DNA of 64,000 nucleotides from the NCBI GenBank assembly GCA_965224025.1, contig OZ245033.1, forward strand, positions 736,001 to 800,000, written 5' to 3'. A program made the position numbers and the translations under genes. The DNA comes from Candidatus Multivorans sp. (GTDB lineage: Bacteria > Acidobacteriota > Thermoanaerobaculia > Multivoradales > Multivoraceae). The notes beneath the pieces were generated by a model. It did not search any database, was not told the origin of the DNA, and was given only the letters and a program-made list of their open reading frames with translations. Numbering within the stretch: position 1 is the first letter of the stretch; each line of letters opens with the position of its first letter. Shown here in pieces: positions 48,373 through 58,700 of the stretch.

Positions 48373-51300
48373 GTGCTACGGCGGCAGCGGGGATGGACGA
48401 TCGTTGCTGTTGTAGCTGGTCTCTTCGTGTGGACCGGTCAGGCTGCGGCTCAGACCGCGCCGAAGGTGACGGGTGTTTCCTTCATGGGCAGTCCGGACAA
48501 CGACGATACTTATGGCCTGGGCGAGACGATTCAGGTGCTTGTCGAGTTTGACGAAGTGGTCACTCTGTCTTCCCTGCTGGTTCAGTTGGAATTGGTCATC
48601 GGCACGAGGACGAGGCAGGCCTCAGTCGCTTCTGGTACCGCCCGCTCTGGAGTAGCGTCCGTCCCATTTGAGTACTTGGTGCAGGCGGCGGATCTCGACG
48701 GCGACGGGATCAGCATTCCGGCCAACGCCCTTGACGGGACCATCACCGCGTCGACTCGCGAGGCCGCCGCCGCGGACCTGAGTCACGAGGCCGTCGCTCC
48801 AGACCCAAGCCGAAGGGTCGACGGGAGCATTGTCGTCACACCGAAGGTCACGAGCGTCACCATTGGCAGCAGGCCCCGGCGGGCCGGTCACGGCGGTGGT
48901 TTTCCGGTCTACGGCGATACTTACCAACTGGGCGAGGGGATCCAGGTGAACGTGGAGTTTGACAAACCCGTACGACTTACGGGCACACCTCAGGTGGCGC
49001 TTGTTATTGGTGGCCACACGAAGCGAACCTCCTACGCACGTAGCCTCAGCCGCGCTCCATCGACTGTTCTCTTCTACTACCTTGTGCAGCCTGGGGACCT
49101 GGACGCTAACGGGGTCGGGATTCCGGCGAACGCCCTGACCCTCAACGGGGGCACAATCACAATGGCAGGCCATGCGGCCACCGCCGCGGATCTGACCCAT
49201 GACGCGATCGCCAGCGAGCAAATGGTCGACGGAAGCGCGGCCGCCGCGCCACGAGTTCTCTATGGGCTGCAATATGGCTCTACGGGAAACCCGATCAATT
49301 TCGAGGCCTTCGGCCGCGGCGAGACGGTCCAAGTGTTGATTAACCTTGATCGTCGCGTAGAGGTCAGGGGCAATCCCCGAGTAGCACTTCAGATCGGTAC
49401 GAGGACGAGGCAGGCGAATTACCGCGAGACTTATGCTAGGTACGGCATCGTTATTCTCATCTTTGAGTACGTCGTGCAAGCGAAGGACATGGACAGCGAC
49501 GGGATCGGCTTTCCAGCGAACGCTGTGAGCGTCAACGGTGGAGCCATCACGCTTGAAGGCGATGCCACGGTTGCCGCCGATCTGACGCATGACGCTGTCG
49601 AGGTTCTCCTTGGTAACTCTTACAAGGTCGATGGAAGCACCGTTGGCACACCCAGAGTGGCCTGGGTTGCGCAAGACGGGTCGCCTAGTAGCGGTGGCTC
49701 CTACGGCCTCGGCGAGACGATCCATTCCCGAGCCTGTTTTCGTGGAGGAGTGCGGGTGTCGGGCAGGCCCCAACTGGCGCTTCAGGTCGGTGGGCGCACG
49801 AGGCAAGCCTCCTACGGAGGCTCCTCTTTCGACGCTTTAGACTGTGTCCACTACCAGTACCGGGTGCAGGCGGGGGATCTTGAAGAGGATAGCGTCAGAA
49901 TCCCAGCCAATGCCCTGACTCTCAACGGTGGTTCGATAGCCCTTACCGGTGACAGCTCAGTCGCCGCTGATCTGACTCATGACGCGGTCGTCCCCGGCGA
50001 TGGTCTCGACCGCAGGGTCGACGGACGTCATGTTGTCGCACCGAGGGTCACGAGTGTGTCGTTCACGGGCGATCCGGTTGGCGGCTACACGTATGGTGCA
50101 GGCGAGATGATTGGTGTGCGTGTCGCTCTTGACAAGGTCCTTGCGGTGAGCGGCGAGCCTCGACTCCAGATAACCGTAGGGGACCGGCTCAGGGAGGCCG
50201 CCTTCGCGAGGCAGGAACTCAGCGATTCGCTCCGTTACGATGACACCTTCCTTCTCCTCTTCGAGTACACGGTTCAGCCGGGCGACATGGACGCCGACGG
50301 GATCAGTATTGCGGCGAACAGTCTGAGCCTGAACGGCGGTTTGCTAACGCTCGAGGGTTCACCCGGCACCGCAGCCGACCTGTCCCACTCAGCCGTCAAC
50401 CCGGGCGAGACACGTCTGGTGGACGCCCCGGACACGGGGCCGGTCTTCAGCACGTCGATCGCCGGCCAGGTATGGGTGGTGAACGAGGCGGTGAGCCTGG
50501 AGCTGCCGGAGGCAGTGGGCGACGGGGATCTGACCTACAGCCTGTCTCCGGAGCTGCCGGCGGGGCTCTCGTTCGACGCGGAGACGCGGCTGCTCTCGGG
50601 GATGCCGATGGCGGTGGCGGACCTGATGGCGTTCGAGTACACGGTGACGGACGGCGACCCGGAAGACCCGGAGAGCGCGACGCTGAGGTTCTCGGTGAGC
50701 GTGATCCGGCAACCGCCGATGGAGGTGGGCGGCGAGTCCGCCGGCGACGACGCGGTCGAGGTGACGTGGCGTGGTCAATGGTCGGACGAGAGCCGCGGCC
50801 GTCTGGTGATCGAGGCTCGCAGTCCGACGACGGACTGGACGGTGGTGGGAACGGTGGACCCGTCGAGCGGCGAGTTCGTCGTGCGTGGTCTGGCGCCGGA
50901 AACGCCGTACACGTTCCGCCTGCGATTCGAGTCGACTGACGGTGTTGCGGCCAGGACCGCTTCGGCCCAGACGGCGCCTGAGTACTCGGAGGAGTTCAGT
51001 GTCACGACGGGGTCCTATACCGGTCCATGCCGGAGCGGCGGCAGGTACCTGTGCCTGCGGTCGGGCCGTTTCGAGTTGCGGGCGGACTGGACGAACCCGG
51101 ACCGGGCAGGCGACTTCGGCGTTGGCACGGCGGTGCCGGTGGACGTATCGGGCGAGTCGGGCCTGTTCTGGTTCTTCAGTCCGGCGAATGTCGAGCTGGT
51201 GACGAAGGTGCTGGACGGCAGCCGTTTGAACGGCCACTACTGGATGTTCTTCGGCGCGCTGTCGGACGTGGAGTACTGGCTGACGCTGCGTGACACGGCG

Positions 51301-51870
51301 GTAGGCGGCTCCCAGCGGACGTACCACAACCCGCCGAAGGAGATCTGCGGTCAGAGCGACACAAGGGCGTTCCCCGGGGATCTCGCCGCCATGTTGGGGT
51401 TGTCGTCGTCGACGGAGGAGCCCTCGGGTCTTGCGGGTCTTGAGCCGGTTCGCCTGTCGGCGGTGCCGCTCGATCTGAACACCGTGCCTCAGACGGATGA
51501 CGGCGCCGGTCAGTGCGAAGCGACGGCGAATCGGCTGTGCCTGCTGGGGAATCGGTTTGCGGTCGACGTGAGCTTCATCGATCCGAACATCAAGGATCCG
51601 GACGTGGACCCGGAGGGCGCCGCGACGGTGGCGTCGTCGTTGGGAACGCCGAACACGGGCTTCTTCTGGTTCTTCAACCAGGAGAACATCGAGCTCGCGG
51701 TGAAGGTGCTTGACGGTCGGGGGATCAACGGCAAGTTCTGGCTGCTTTACGGGGCGCTGTCGGACGTGGAGTACGAGATCACGGTGACGGACACGATGAC
51801 GAAGCAGTCGAAGATGTACCGCAAGGAAGCCGGGAGCATCTGCGGCGAGGTCGACACGGACGCCTTCTGA
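48373..51870 (+). CDS. Large secreted repeat protein/adhesin (four ~130-aa Ig-like repeats, He_PIG-like, FN3-like, two C-terminal 'FWFF/KVLDG' domains)
   Basis: Signal peptide ending QAAAQ; repeats P.VT.V....TY.LGE.I.V...FD...G.P.L.L..G...R.A.Y...F.Y.VQ..D.D.DG..I.ANAL; twin CL..RF..FWFF..N.EL..KVLDG..NG..W..GALSDVEY; start uncertain. Confidence 0.82.
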   Translation: MLRRQRGWTIVAVVAGLFVWTGQAAAQTAPKVTGVSFMGSPDNDDTYGLGETIQVLVEFDEVVTLSSLLVQLELVIGTRTRQASVASGTARSGVASVPFEYLVQAADLDGDGISIPANALDGTITASTREAAAADLSHEAVAPDPSRRVDGSIVVTPKVTSVTIGSRPRRAGHGGGFPVYGDTYQLGEGIQVNVEFDKPVRLTGTPQVALVIGGHTKRTSYARSLSRAPSTVLFYYLVQPGDLDANGVGIPANALTLNGGTITMAGHAATAADLTHDAIASEQMVDGSAAAAPRVLYGLQYGSTGNPINFEAFGRGETVQVLINLDRRVEVRGNPRVALQIGTRTRQANYRETYARYGIVILIFEYVVQAKDMDSDGIGFPANAVSVNGGAITLEGDATVAADLTHDAVEVLLGNSYKVDGSTVGTPRVAWVAQDGSPSSGGSYGLGETIHSRACFRGGVRVSGRPQLALQVGGRTRQASYGGSSFDALDCVHYQYRVQAGDLEEDSVRIPANALTLNGGSIALTGDSSVAADLTHDAVVPGDGLDRRVDGRHVVAPRVTSVSFTGDPVGGYTYGAGEMIGVRVALDKVLAVSGEPRLQITVGDRLREAAFARQELSDSLRYDDTFLLLFEYTVQPGDMDADGISIAANSLSLNGGLLTLEGSPGTAADLSHSAVNPGETRLVDAPDTGPVFSTSIAGQVWVVNEAVSLELPEAVGDGDLTYSLSPELPAGLSFDAETRLLSGMPMAVADLMAFEYTVTDGDPEDPESATLRFSVSVIRQPPMEVGGESAGDDAVEVTWRGQWSDESRGRLVIEARSPTTDWTVVGTVDPSSGEFVVRGLAPETPYTFRLRFESTDGVAARTASAQTAPEYSEEFSVTTGSYTGPCRSGGRYLCLRSGRFELRADWTNPDRAGDFGVGTAVPVDVSGESGLFWFFSPANVELVTKVLDGSRLNGHYWMFFGALSDVEYWLTLRDTAVGGSQRTYHNPPKEICGQSDTRAFPGDLAAMLGLSSSTEEPSGLAGLEPVRLSAVPLDLNTVPQTDDGAGQCEATANRLCLLGNRFAVDVSFIDPNIKDPDVDPEGAATVASSLGTPNTGFFWFFNQENIELAVKVLDGRGINGKFWLLYGALSDVEYEITVTDTMTKQSKMYRKEAGSICGEVDTDAF

Positions 51871-51899
51871 GGATCGCTCAAAGTGGTGGAGGGTGGCAG

Positions 51900-52907
51900 A
51901 TGCTTGACGGACCAATAGTCGATGTTGCGATCGGATTGATCTTCTTCTACGTGGTGCTGAGCCTGATCTGCAGCGCCGTTCAGGAACTCAGCGCCGTTCA
52001 GGAACTCGTCGCCAGCGTCTTCGGCCTTCGTTCCAGCAACCTCGGGAAGGGGATACACAATCTGCTGGGCGAGGAGTATGCGGACAAAGTCTACAAGCAC
52101 CCGCTGATCAGGCACCTCGCGAAGATCGGGAAGAAGCCTTCCTATGTGCGGCCTTCGATCTTCGCGGCGGCGTTGCTGGATGTGGTGGGCAGGCGCGAGG
52201 GGGAGAGTGGCGCGGCCGCGTTGAGCGCGGACGAGGTTCACGCGGCGCTCGACAAGATGGACGGTAAGGAGCCGGTCCGCGGCGTGCTGCTGGCCTTGTC
52301 GCGCGGAAGCGAGGAGTCCCTTGACGAGATGCGCGATGCCGTGGCCGATTGGTACGACGAGGCGATGGACCGCGTGGCGGGCTGGTACAAGCGGAGAGTG
52401 AAGTGGATTCTCCTGATCATCGCTGGCGTGGTTACCGTGGCGGTGAATGCGGACTCGCTTCGCATTGCGGAACAGCTGTGGTACGACGACGAACTCCGCG
52501 CGGCCGTTGTGGAGGCCGCCGAGCCGTACATCACGGAGTCCGTGAAGAAGGACCAAGCGTCCTCCGAAGGGGAGACCGCGAACGGCGGAGAGGACGGCAC
52601 CCCGCCGTTGAGCGAGACGCTGGAGACGCTCAGAGGCGACCTCGGGACCTTCCCCATCGGATATCCAGGGGGCTTCAATCTCTGTTGCATCACGCTGGAG
52701 ATGATCATCGGTTGGCTGCTGACGATCGGGGCGATCAGCCTCGGCGCGCCGTTCTGGTTCGACCTCCTCGGCAAGGTGTCGCATCTCCGGGGCTCCGGCA
52801 CCAGGGAGGCGGACCGAGCGAAGAAGCCCGGCCCGGCGCCTCCTGCCGTGCCCGCCGCTCCGAGAACGGAAGGGGGTGCCTCTAGGCCAGTCGGGGAAGG
52901 TGCCTGA
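51900..52907 (+). CDS. Conserved hypothetical membrane protein
   Basis: DVAIGL.F.Y..LSL.CS, WY...MDRV.GWYKR and GWLLT..AISLGAPFWFDLL.K motifs; GGAGGG RBS. Confidence 0.78.
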   Translation: MLDGPIVDVAIGLIFFYVVLSLICSAVQELSAVQELVASVFGLRSSNLGKGIHNLLGEEYADKVYKHPLIRHLAKIGKKPSYVRPSIFAAALLDVVGRREGESGAAALSADEVHAALDKMDGKEPVRGVLLALSRGSEESLDEMRDAVADWYDEAMDRVAGWYKRRVKWILLIIAGVVTVAVNADSLRIAEQLWYDDELRAAVVEAAEPYITESVKKDQASSEGETANGGEDGTPPLSETLETLRGDLGTFPIGYPGGFNLCCITLEMIIGWLLTIGAISLGAPFWFDLLGKVSHLRGSGTREADRAKKPGPAPPAVPAAPRTEGGASRPVGEGA

Positions 52908-55006
52908 TGAAGAAGATCATCCTCTTGTCCGACGGTACCGGACAAGGCGCCGCAAAGCAGCACAAGACGAACGTCTGGCGCCTCCACCGGGCCCTGGACC
53001 TGCACCAGGACCAAAGTAAAGATGACCAGAGCGCTTCCCGCGATGACGGCACCGGTGCCGACGCCGACCAGATCGCCTTCTACGACGACGGCGTTGGCTC
53101 GCAGGCGTTTCTTCCCCTCAAGATTCTCGGCGGCGCGTTCGGCTGGGGCATCAAGTACAACGTCATCGAGCTCTACAAGGCCCTTTGCCGGACGTACGAG
53201 AAGGGGGACAGGATCTACCTGTTCGGCTACAGCCGGGGCGCATTCACGGTCCGCATGCTGGCTGGGTTGATCGCCGACAGGGGCCTTTGCACGGCGGTCG
53301 CCGACGAGAAGGAGTTTCACAAGGCCGCCCGGAAGCAGTTCGAGGCCTACCGCTCCAAGCGCGGCAGGGGACTCCTGACGCGGCCGTTTCGGCGCGGTTT
53401 CGCCGCAAGCGCTCCCGAGTGTGCGACGCGGCCTGAGATCGAGTTCATCGGCGTCTGGGACACGGTCGAAGCGTACGGCTTTCCGATCGATGAGATGTCC
53501 TCGATCTGGGACTGGCTTGTCTACCCCCTCAAGTTCGTCGACAAGAAGTTGTCATGCAAGGTCGTGCGCGCCTGCCACGCCTTGGCGATAGACGAGGAGC
53601 GGCTGTCGTTTCATCCGGTGCTCTTCGAGGAGAAGAAGAAGAAGGAGAAGGAGGAGGAGGAAGAGGAGAAGACGCCGAGAATCGAGCAGGTGTGGTTTGC
53701 CGGCGTTCACAACGACGTTGGCGGTGGCTATCCGGAGGAGGATCTCTCGCTAGTGCCGCTCGACTGGATGATCTACAAGGTCGAAGACCGTGACGAAGGC
53801 TGCGATAAGAACCCGGGCGGCCTTCGCTTCCATGAGCACGTTCGCAGAGGCATTCGGAAGCGCAGCGACTGGCACGGCAAGCAGCACGACAATCGCTCCG
53901 GGCTGGGCGCCTTCTACCGGTACAAGCCGCGCGACATCGAGGACCTCAGCCTGAAGTGTGGAATCACCAGGCCCAAGGTTCACCACGGCGTCCGCGAGCG
54001 CATCAAGCGGAAAGTCACGCCCTATGCGCCGACCTCGCTGCCGCGCGGTTGCGAGGTGGTCTCGACCCGCTCCGAGTTGGACGAGGCTGAGGCGGTTCTC
54101 GAGTTTGGCGAGGGGGCGATGGTGGCGGCTCTGGACACGGTCTTCTGGCGCCGCTGGCTCTACTTCGCGATGCAGTGGGCGACGATTGTGGCCCCGTTCG
54201 TCTTCTACCTCACATCGTGGTGGCGACCCGAGGTCTTCTTGCGGGACGGGCAGGCATGGCTTGTGGCTGCCGCTCTCGGCGGGCTCGTCGTGCTCAAGAA
54301 GACCGCTCCACGGGCCACGTTGGCGCGGGCGGGGCTGGCCTGGGCCGAACTGAAGTACGGCGATGCACCGGACCTCCGGCCGCATCCGAGCCTGACCGGG
54401 CGCTTCAGGAAGTTCCTGAAGGATCGGCCCTGGGTGGAGAAGGTCAGGAGGGGCCTCGTCGTGGCGGTCCTGGTCGCGGGGGCTCTGGGAGTCGTCAGCG
54501 CCGGGCTGAGTCGCGCGTCGTTCTTCGTCCAGTCGTGTTGCGAGTCGTTGTGCCTGCCCACCCAAGAACCGGCGTTGCTGACCGGCGAGGAACCGTTCTC
54601 TTTCTCGATCGACAATCCGTGCCATGCCACCGGATTCAAGTTGGAGCGGGGAACGCACTATCGCTTCGAGGTGGCGCGAACGAAGTGGCATGACGGCAGG
54701 CATCCGGCGACCGCCGACGGCTTCTCTCGCCCGAGGTCTAGCTGGGCGCTCCTGCCGTGGGTCCCCTACCGCCGTCATGTCGCTGAACCGTGGTTGAAGC
54801 TGATGGGCCGGGTGGGCGCCGGAGGAGAAGCGTTCGCGATCGGCTCGGGACCCCTCAGGTACGAAGCGAAGTCGGACGGGGAACTCTTCCTCTATGTGAA
54901 CGACGCCGTTCTCGGCCTGTCGGGAGACGGCCGGACGTTGCCCTACCGCTGGTCAGGGGGCAGGAACGTGGGGACGGCGATCGTCAGGGTCAGGCCCGTG
55001 GAGTGA
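52907..55006 (+). CDS. DUF2235 (Tle1-like alpha/beta hydrolase) protein with C-terminal TMs and a beta-sandwich domain
   Basis: LSDGTG, TNV, FYDDGVG, IYLFGYSRGAFTVR, GVWDTV, HALAIDE.R and QVWFAGVH.DVGGGY motifs. Confidence 0.9.
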   Translation: MKKIILLSDGTGQGAAKQHKTNVWRLHRALDLHQDQSKDDQSASRDDGTGADADQIAFYDDGVGSQAFLPLKILGGAFGWGIKYNVIELYKALCRTYEKGDRIYLFGYSRGAFTVRMLAGLIADRGLCTAVADEKEFHKAARKQFEAYRSKRGRGLLTRPFRRGFAASAPECATRPEIEFIGVWDTVEAYGFPIDEMSSIWDWLVYPLKFVDKKLSCKVVRACHALAIDEERLSFHPVLFEEKKKKEKEEEEEEKTPRIEQVWFAGVHNDVGGGYPEEDLSLVPLDWMIYKVEDRDEGCDKNPGGLRFHEHVRRGIRKRSDWHGKQHDNRSGLGAFYRYKPRDIEDLSLKCGITRPKVHHGVRERIKRKVTPYAPTSLPRGCEVVSTRSELDEAEAVLEFGEGAMVAALDTVFWRRWLYFAMQWATIVAPFVFYLTSWWRPEVFLRDGQAWLVAAALGGLVVLKKTAPRATLARAGLAWAELKYGDAPDLRPHPSLTGRFRKFLKDRPWVEKVRRGLVVAVLVAGALGVVSAGLSRASFFVQSCCESLCLPTQEPALLTGEEPFSFSIDNPCHATGFKLERGTHYRFEVARTKWHDGRHPATADGFSRPRSSWALLPWVPYRRHVAEPWLKLMGRVGAGGEAFAIGSGPLRYEAKSDGELFLYVNDAVLGLSGDGRTLPYRWSGGRNVGTAIVRVRPVE

Positions 55007-55042
55007 ACGGGGCTGGGTGGATCAGCCGCGAGGTGCTTCCGT

Positions 55043-55369
55043 TCAACTCAGAGCAAGGGCGATGATGCCGCTTGTTGTCAGCGCCATGGCGGCGAGCGTT
55101 GTCGCCGCCATCCACCTGATCGTCCTGAACTCTCGGCGTAGCTTGCGCATCTCGTCGACAGTCTCCCGGTCGATGCCCTCGCGCTGGACCCGTACCTCCT
55201 GCCGTATGGCATGGGCCCGGAGTTCCGCGATGCTCTGGCAGAGGTCGTTGCGGAGGTTCGCCATCTCACGCGTGAGCGAACTCTCCACGAAAGCAAGATC
55301 CCGCTTGGTTGCGGGCACTCTCTGACCAGCGCCCATCATTTCGATCGCTCGCCTTCGCCTGACCTCCAT
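55043..55369 (-). CDS. DUF1640/CCDC90-like coiled-coil protein with C-terminal TM
   Basis: ATKRDL motif, coiled coil, ends RWM......GIIALALS. Confidence 0.6.
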   Translation of the reverse strand: MEVRRRRAIEMMGAGQRVPATKRDLAFVESSLTREMANLRNDLCQSIAELRAHAIRQEVRVQREGIDRETVDEMRKLRREFRTIRWMAATTLAAMALTTSGIIALALS

Positions 55370-55539
55370 CGGGCTGCTCCTTCAAGCCTTCGCTTTGCTC
55401 CACCGGGTCACGGTGCAGCGTCAACAGCCGTGTGGGTCGGGGCGGGCCGCACACGATACGGAGGAGGCTATCACCGGTGACCGCGCTTCCGGCTTCGGGT
55501 TCGGGGGAGTCCGTAGCGCCTCAAGTGCCGGGGTTAGGC

Positions 55540-56079
55540 TCAGCGCAGAGCAAGCGCGATAATGCTGCCGACCATCGGCACCATCATTGCGAGCACGGTG
55601 CCGAACATCCACTTGAGCGCCCTCAGCTCGCTCCTCATCTCGGCCCGCAGCCCGTTCATCTCGCCCCGCAGCTCCCCCGTCAGTCCGTCTATCTGCCCCG
55701 CGATCTCCTGACGGAAGCTCTCGAAGCGGTCTCGGACCTCCTGACGTAGGGCCTCCATCGCCTTCTCGAGGGCCTCGATTCGGGCTGTGTTCTTCGCTAC
55801 GGTCGTCGCGAGGTCGCTCAGTTCGGCGCGGACTTCGGCGATGTCCTGCTTGAGTTCGGTTCGCACATCGGCGATGTCCTGTTTCAGCGCGCCTTCGAAC
55901 GCGGCGATGTCCTGTTTCAGCGCGCCTTGGGCCGTAACGACATCCTGCTTCGTCGCCAGCGCTTCGTGACTGTCGCTGATCATGTGGAGAAGTGCCTCTG
56001 CCTGCGCCCGGTCGAAGCCGGCTTCTTCAAGCCGTCGTCTTGAACCTTCGGCTTGGGATTCTACCGCGTAGCGTTCCAT
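55540..56079 (-). CDS. DUF1640/CCDC90-like coiled-coil protein with 11-aa repeats and C-terminal TM
   Basis: LEEAGFDRAQAEAL, LATKQD, three LKQDIA repeats, LKWMFG....GSIIALALR; GGAG RBS. Confidence 0.8.
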   Translation of the reverse strand: MERYAVESQAEGSRRRLEEAGFDRAQAEALLHMISDSHEALATKQDVVTAQGALKQDIAAFEGALKQDIADVRTELKQDIAEVRAELSDLATTVAKNTARIEALEKAMEALRQEVRDRFESFRQEIAGQIDGLTGELRGEMNGLRAEMRSELRALKWMFGTVLAMMVPMVGSIIALALR

Positions 56080-56234
56080 TCCTGACTCTCCTTGACGATT
56101 GTGTCCCGTGAGCCGTGTGCGGCGAGCTCTCGGGACCGGTTCGGCGTCGGGCCTGCGCGCACTGGGGGCAGTGACAGGCCTGTCTGTGGACCAAGACGGA
56201 TTTCGCGCGCGCGAGCCGGGTAGCCGAAGGCCGC

Positions 56235-57248
56235 CTACTCGAATTCTCGATCCTCTTTGCGAACGCGCCGCCCCGCCGGGGTCAGGCGATAGCGCTGGTT
56301 CCTCGCGCTCGGAGCATCGGGCCGCGTCATCTCGATCAGGCCTGCCTGCAGTGCGGGCCTGAGGTATCCCTGGCGCAGCCACTTCCGGTCGCGCAGGCGC
56401 AAGGCAGCAAGCACTTCGCGCGTGGACATCTCTCCCGTCATTGCCTGCAGGAGCCGCTGGACCTGGGGGGTAACCTGGGGGGTTCGTTGGGGGGTGGCCT
56501 CCCGCGCGGCGCCAAGGATCGCTTCCAGCATGAAGCGTATGAACGGCGTGCTCTCGCCCGCCTCGGAACTTCGCTCGATCGCCTCGTAGTAATCGCTTTG
56601 GCGGGAGCGGACAACGCTCTCAACCGGAACATGGGCAAACAGCGGCTTCCAGCGCGTGAGGATCAGCGTCTGCCAGAGACGCCCAAGCCGGCCATTGCCG
56701 TCTTCGAACGGATGGATGAACTCGAACTCGTAGTGGAAGACCGAACTTGCGATCAGCGGATGCTCCCGCGTCCCACCCAACCAGGCGAGGAGCTCCGCCG
56801 TCAGGCGTGGCACTCGTTTGGCGGGTGGGCCGATGTGATGGACCTCGTTGGGGCCGAGCACGCCGACCTGGCCGGTGCGGTAGCGGCCCGGCGCATCCAG
56901 GAGGCCGGCCATCAACACCTGGTGGGCCGCCAGCAGATCGTCCTCGCTCGACGGTTCCCAGCCGTCGCTCAGGTCGTAGGCCGAGATCGCGTTGCGCACT
57001 TCCTGAACATCCCTGAGTGGTCCGACAACGCGCCTGCCCTCGAGGATTGCCGAGACCTGCTCCTCGGACAGGGCGTTGCCTTCGATGGCGACGGAACCGT
57101 GAACCGTACGAACGCGGGCCTCGCGCCGCAGTCTGAAGTCCATACCGGGACTGGCGGCTTCGGCCTGGCCGATCGCCTCGCCGATCCGTTCCACCAGAGA
57201 AAGGCTCTCGGGCGTGATCGAGTAGGGCGGCGTCGCGGCTGCGGTCAT
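56235..57248 (-). CDS. Fic family protein with C-terminal HTH
   Basis: S.AIEGN.L and canonical HPFEDGNGRLGR motifs; C-terminal YLRPAL..GLIE.T.PD.P.ARNQRY. Confidence 0.92.
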   Translation of the reverse strand: MTAAATPPYSITPESLSLVERIGEAIGQAEAASPGMDFRLRREARVRTVHGSVAIEGNALSEEQVSAILEGRRVVGPLRDVQEVRNAISAYDLSDGWEPSSEDDLLAAHQVLMAGLLDAPGRYRTGQVGVLGPNEVHHIGPPAKRVPRLTAELLAWLGGTREHPLIASSVFHYEFEFIHPFEDGNGRLGRLWQTLILTRWKPLFAHVPVESVVRSRQSDYYEAIERSSEAGESTPFIRFMLEAILGAAREATPQRTPQVTPQVQRLLQAMTGEMSTREVLAALRLRDRKWLRQGYLRPALQAGLIEMTRPDAPSARNQRYRLTPAGRRVRKEDREFE

Positions 57249-57273
57249 GTCCGGGACTCTTGCACAGGCCGGG

Positions 57274-58635
57274 CTAGCGCTCGCCGAGGGGCGGGAACAT
57301 GGACGGCGGCCGGTCGACGTCGATTCGCCCGATGTTCGCCCACGGCACGTACTCGGCGCTCTCACCGCCACCGGTGAAAACAAGCATGCCGGCGTTCGTC
57401 GCGCCGAGATCGCCGGTGCACTCGAGTTGCAGGATCTCGCCGTTGTGGAGCGTTACTCCGGCGCGTCGTCCGGCGGCGCACGCCTCACGGTCGAGAGGCG
57501 CAATCGAGGCGACCAGGCCGAAGGGGATCATGTAGTCCACGCCGCCGGATGGCGCGTCGAGCGTCTCGGTCGTTTCGCTCTCGTCGAGGTCGAAGGCCAG
57601 CCGGCCGGCAAGGCGGCGACCGTCGTGGGTGGTGACGGTGCCTGAGAGCGGCAGCCCGGGCGGGAAATCGTCGTAGCCGGGTCCGGTGCCGGCGGGGCTG
57701 AAGTCGAGGCGCTCGAAGGCCTCCCAGGAGACCAGCACCCGGCCGTAGCGCCGGTCGTCGACGTAGACGCCGCGATTGCCGCGCCCGACGGCGCGGGAGC
57801 CGGAGAGCACGAACTCGCGGCCGTCGTGCAGGGTCACCAGCGCGCTGTCGGCCGACCCCCGCGCAATGGTGCGAATTGCGTCGAACGGCAGACTGAGCTC
57901 GCCGCCGGCGGTCCGGCCCTGAAGCTCGTCGGCGCCGACGCTGGACTGCCGGTCCCACTGGATGAAGCCGGTGAAGCTCCCGTATGCGGTGCGTACCGTG
58001 CCGTGCAGCCGGTCCGGAACCGTCCCCAGGTCGGCGGTCGGGAGGAGCTCGATGACGCGGATCCGACGTTCGCCGAGGTCCACGACGCCGTGCTGGTCGT
58101 CCCACACGCGGACACCGTCGGCGAAGTCGTCGGCATCGAAGCGGTCGAGGACGAACTCGGTCCCGCTCTTGAGCGTCACCACGAGCTCGCGTCCGCTCGG
58201 CTCGATCCGTCTGATGTCGCCGAAGCGCGCCATGAACGGCCGGCCGAGGTTGAGCCGGCTCTTGCGCCGGGCGATCTCGACGCCGAGGACGGTGACCGGC
58301 CGGCTCTCAGTCAACCGCTCGGGCGGCACGTCCCCGGCCCAGGGGTTCTCCTCCTTGAAACCGTTGAAGTAGTCGCCCCAGAACGCCTCCTCGTCGCCGC
58401 CGAAGCGCAGTCTGCCTTCGCAGGCGGTGCCGCCGTGCGTCTTGACGCGTCCGTAGAGAAAGCCCTTGTCGGCGTCCGCGGCCGGCGGGTTCGGGCGGGG
58501 AATCGCGGGCGAGACGGTGACGTCAACGTTGACGTCCACGTCTCGCAGCAGACGGGCCGCGACGAGGCCGAGAGCCGCGAGAACGGCGAACAGCAAGAGC
58601 GCGGCGGTACCCCCTGCGATTCCGGCTCTCGTCAT
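57274..58635 (-). CDS. Hypothetical membrane-anchored protein with internal repeats
   Basis: N-terminal TM; three G.V.T..G....G...(F/W)..DE modules. Confidence 0.72.
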   Translation of the reverse strand: MTRAGIAGGTAALLLFAVLAALGLVAARLLRDVDVNVDVTVSPAIPRPNPPAADADKGFLYGRVKTHGGTACEGRLRFGGDEEAFWGDYFNGFKEENPWAGDVPPERLTESRPVTVLGVEIARRKSRLNLGRPFMARFGDIRRIEPSGRELVVTLKSGTEFVLDRFDADDFADGVRVWDDQHGVVDLGERRIRVIELLPTADLGTVPDRLHGTVRTAYGSFTGFIQWDRQSSVGADELQGRTAGGELSLPFDAIRTIARGSADSALVTLHDGREFVLSGSRAVGRGNRGVYVDDRRYGRVLVSWEAFERLDFSPAGTGPGYDDFPPGLPLSGTVTTHDGRRLAGRLAFDLDESETTETLDAPSGGVDYMIPFGLVASIAPLDREACAAGRRAGVTLHNGEILQLECTGDLGATNAGMLVFTGGGESAEYVPWANIGRIDVDRPPSMFPPLGER

Positions 58636-58700
58636 TGCCTGTACATTCTCTTCGAACTGACGGGAAGGCTGCTCCGGCCGCCTCGCCCTCCGAACCGCGC

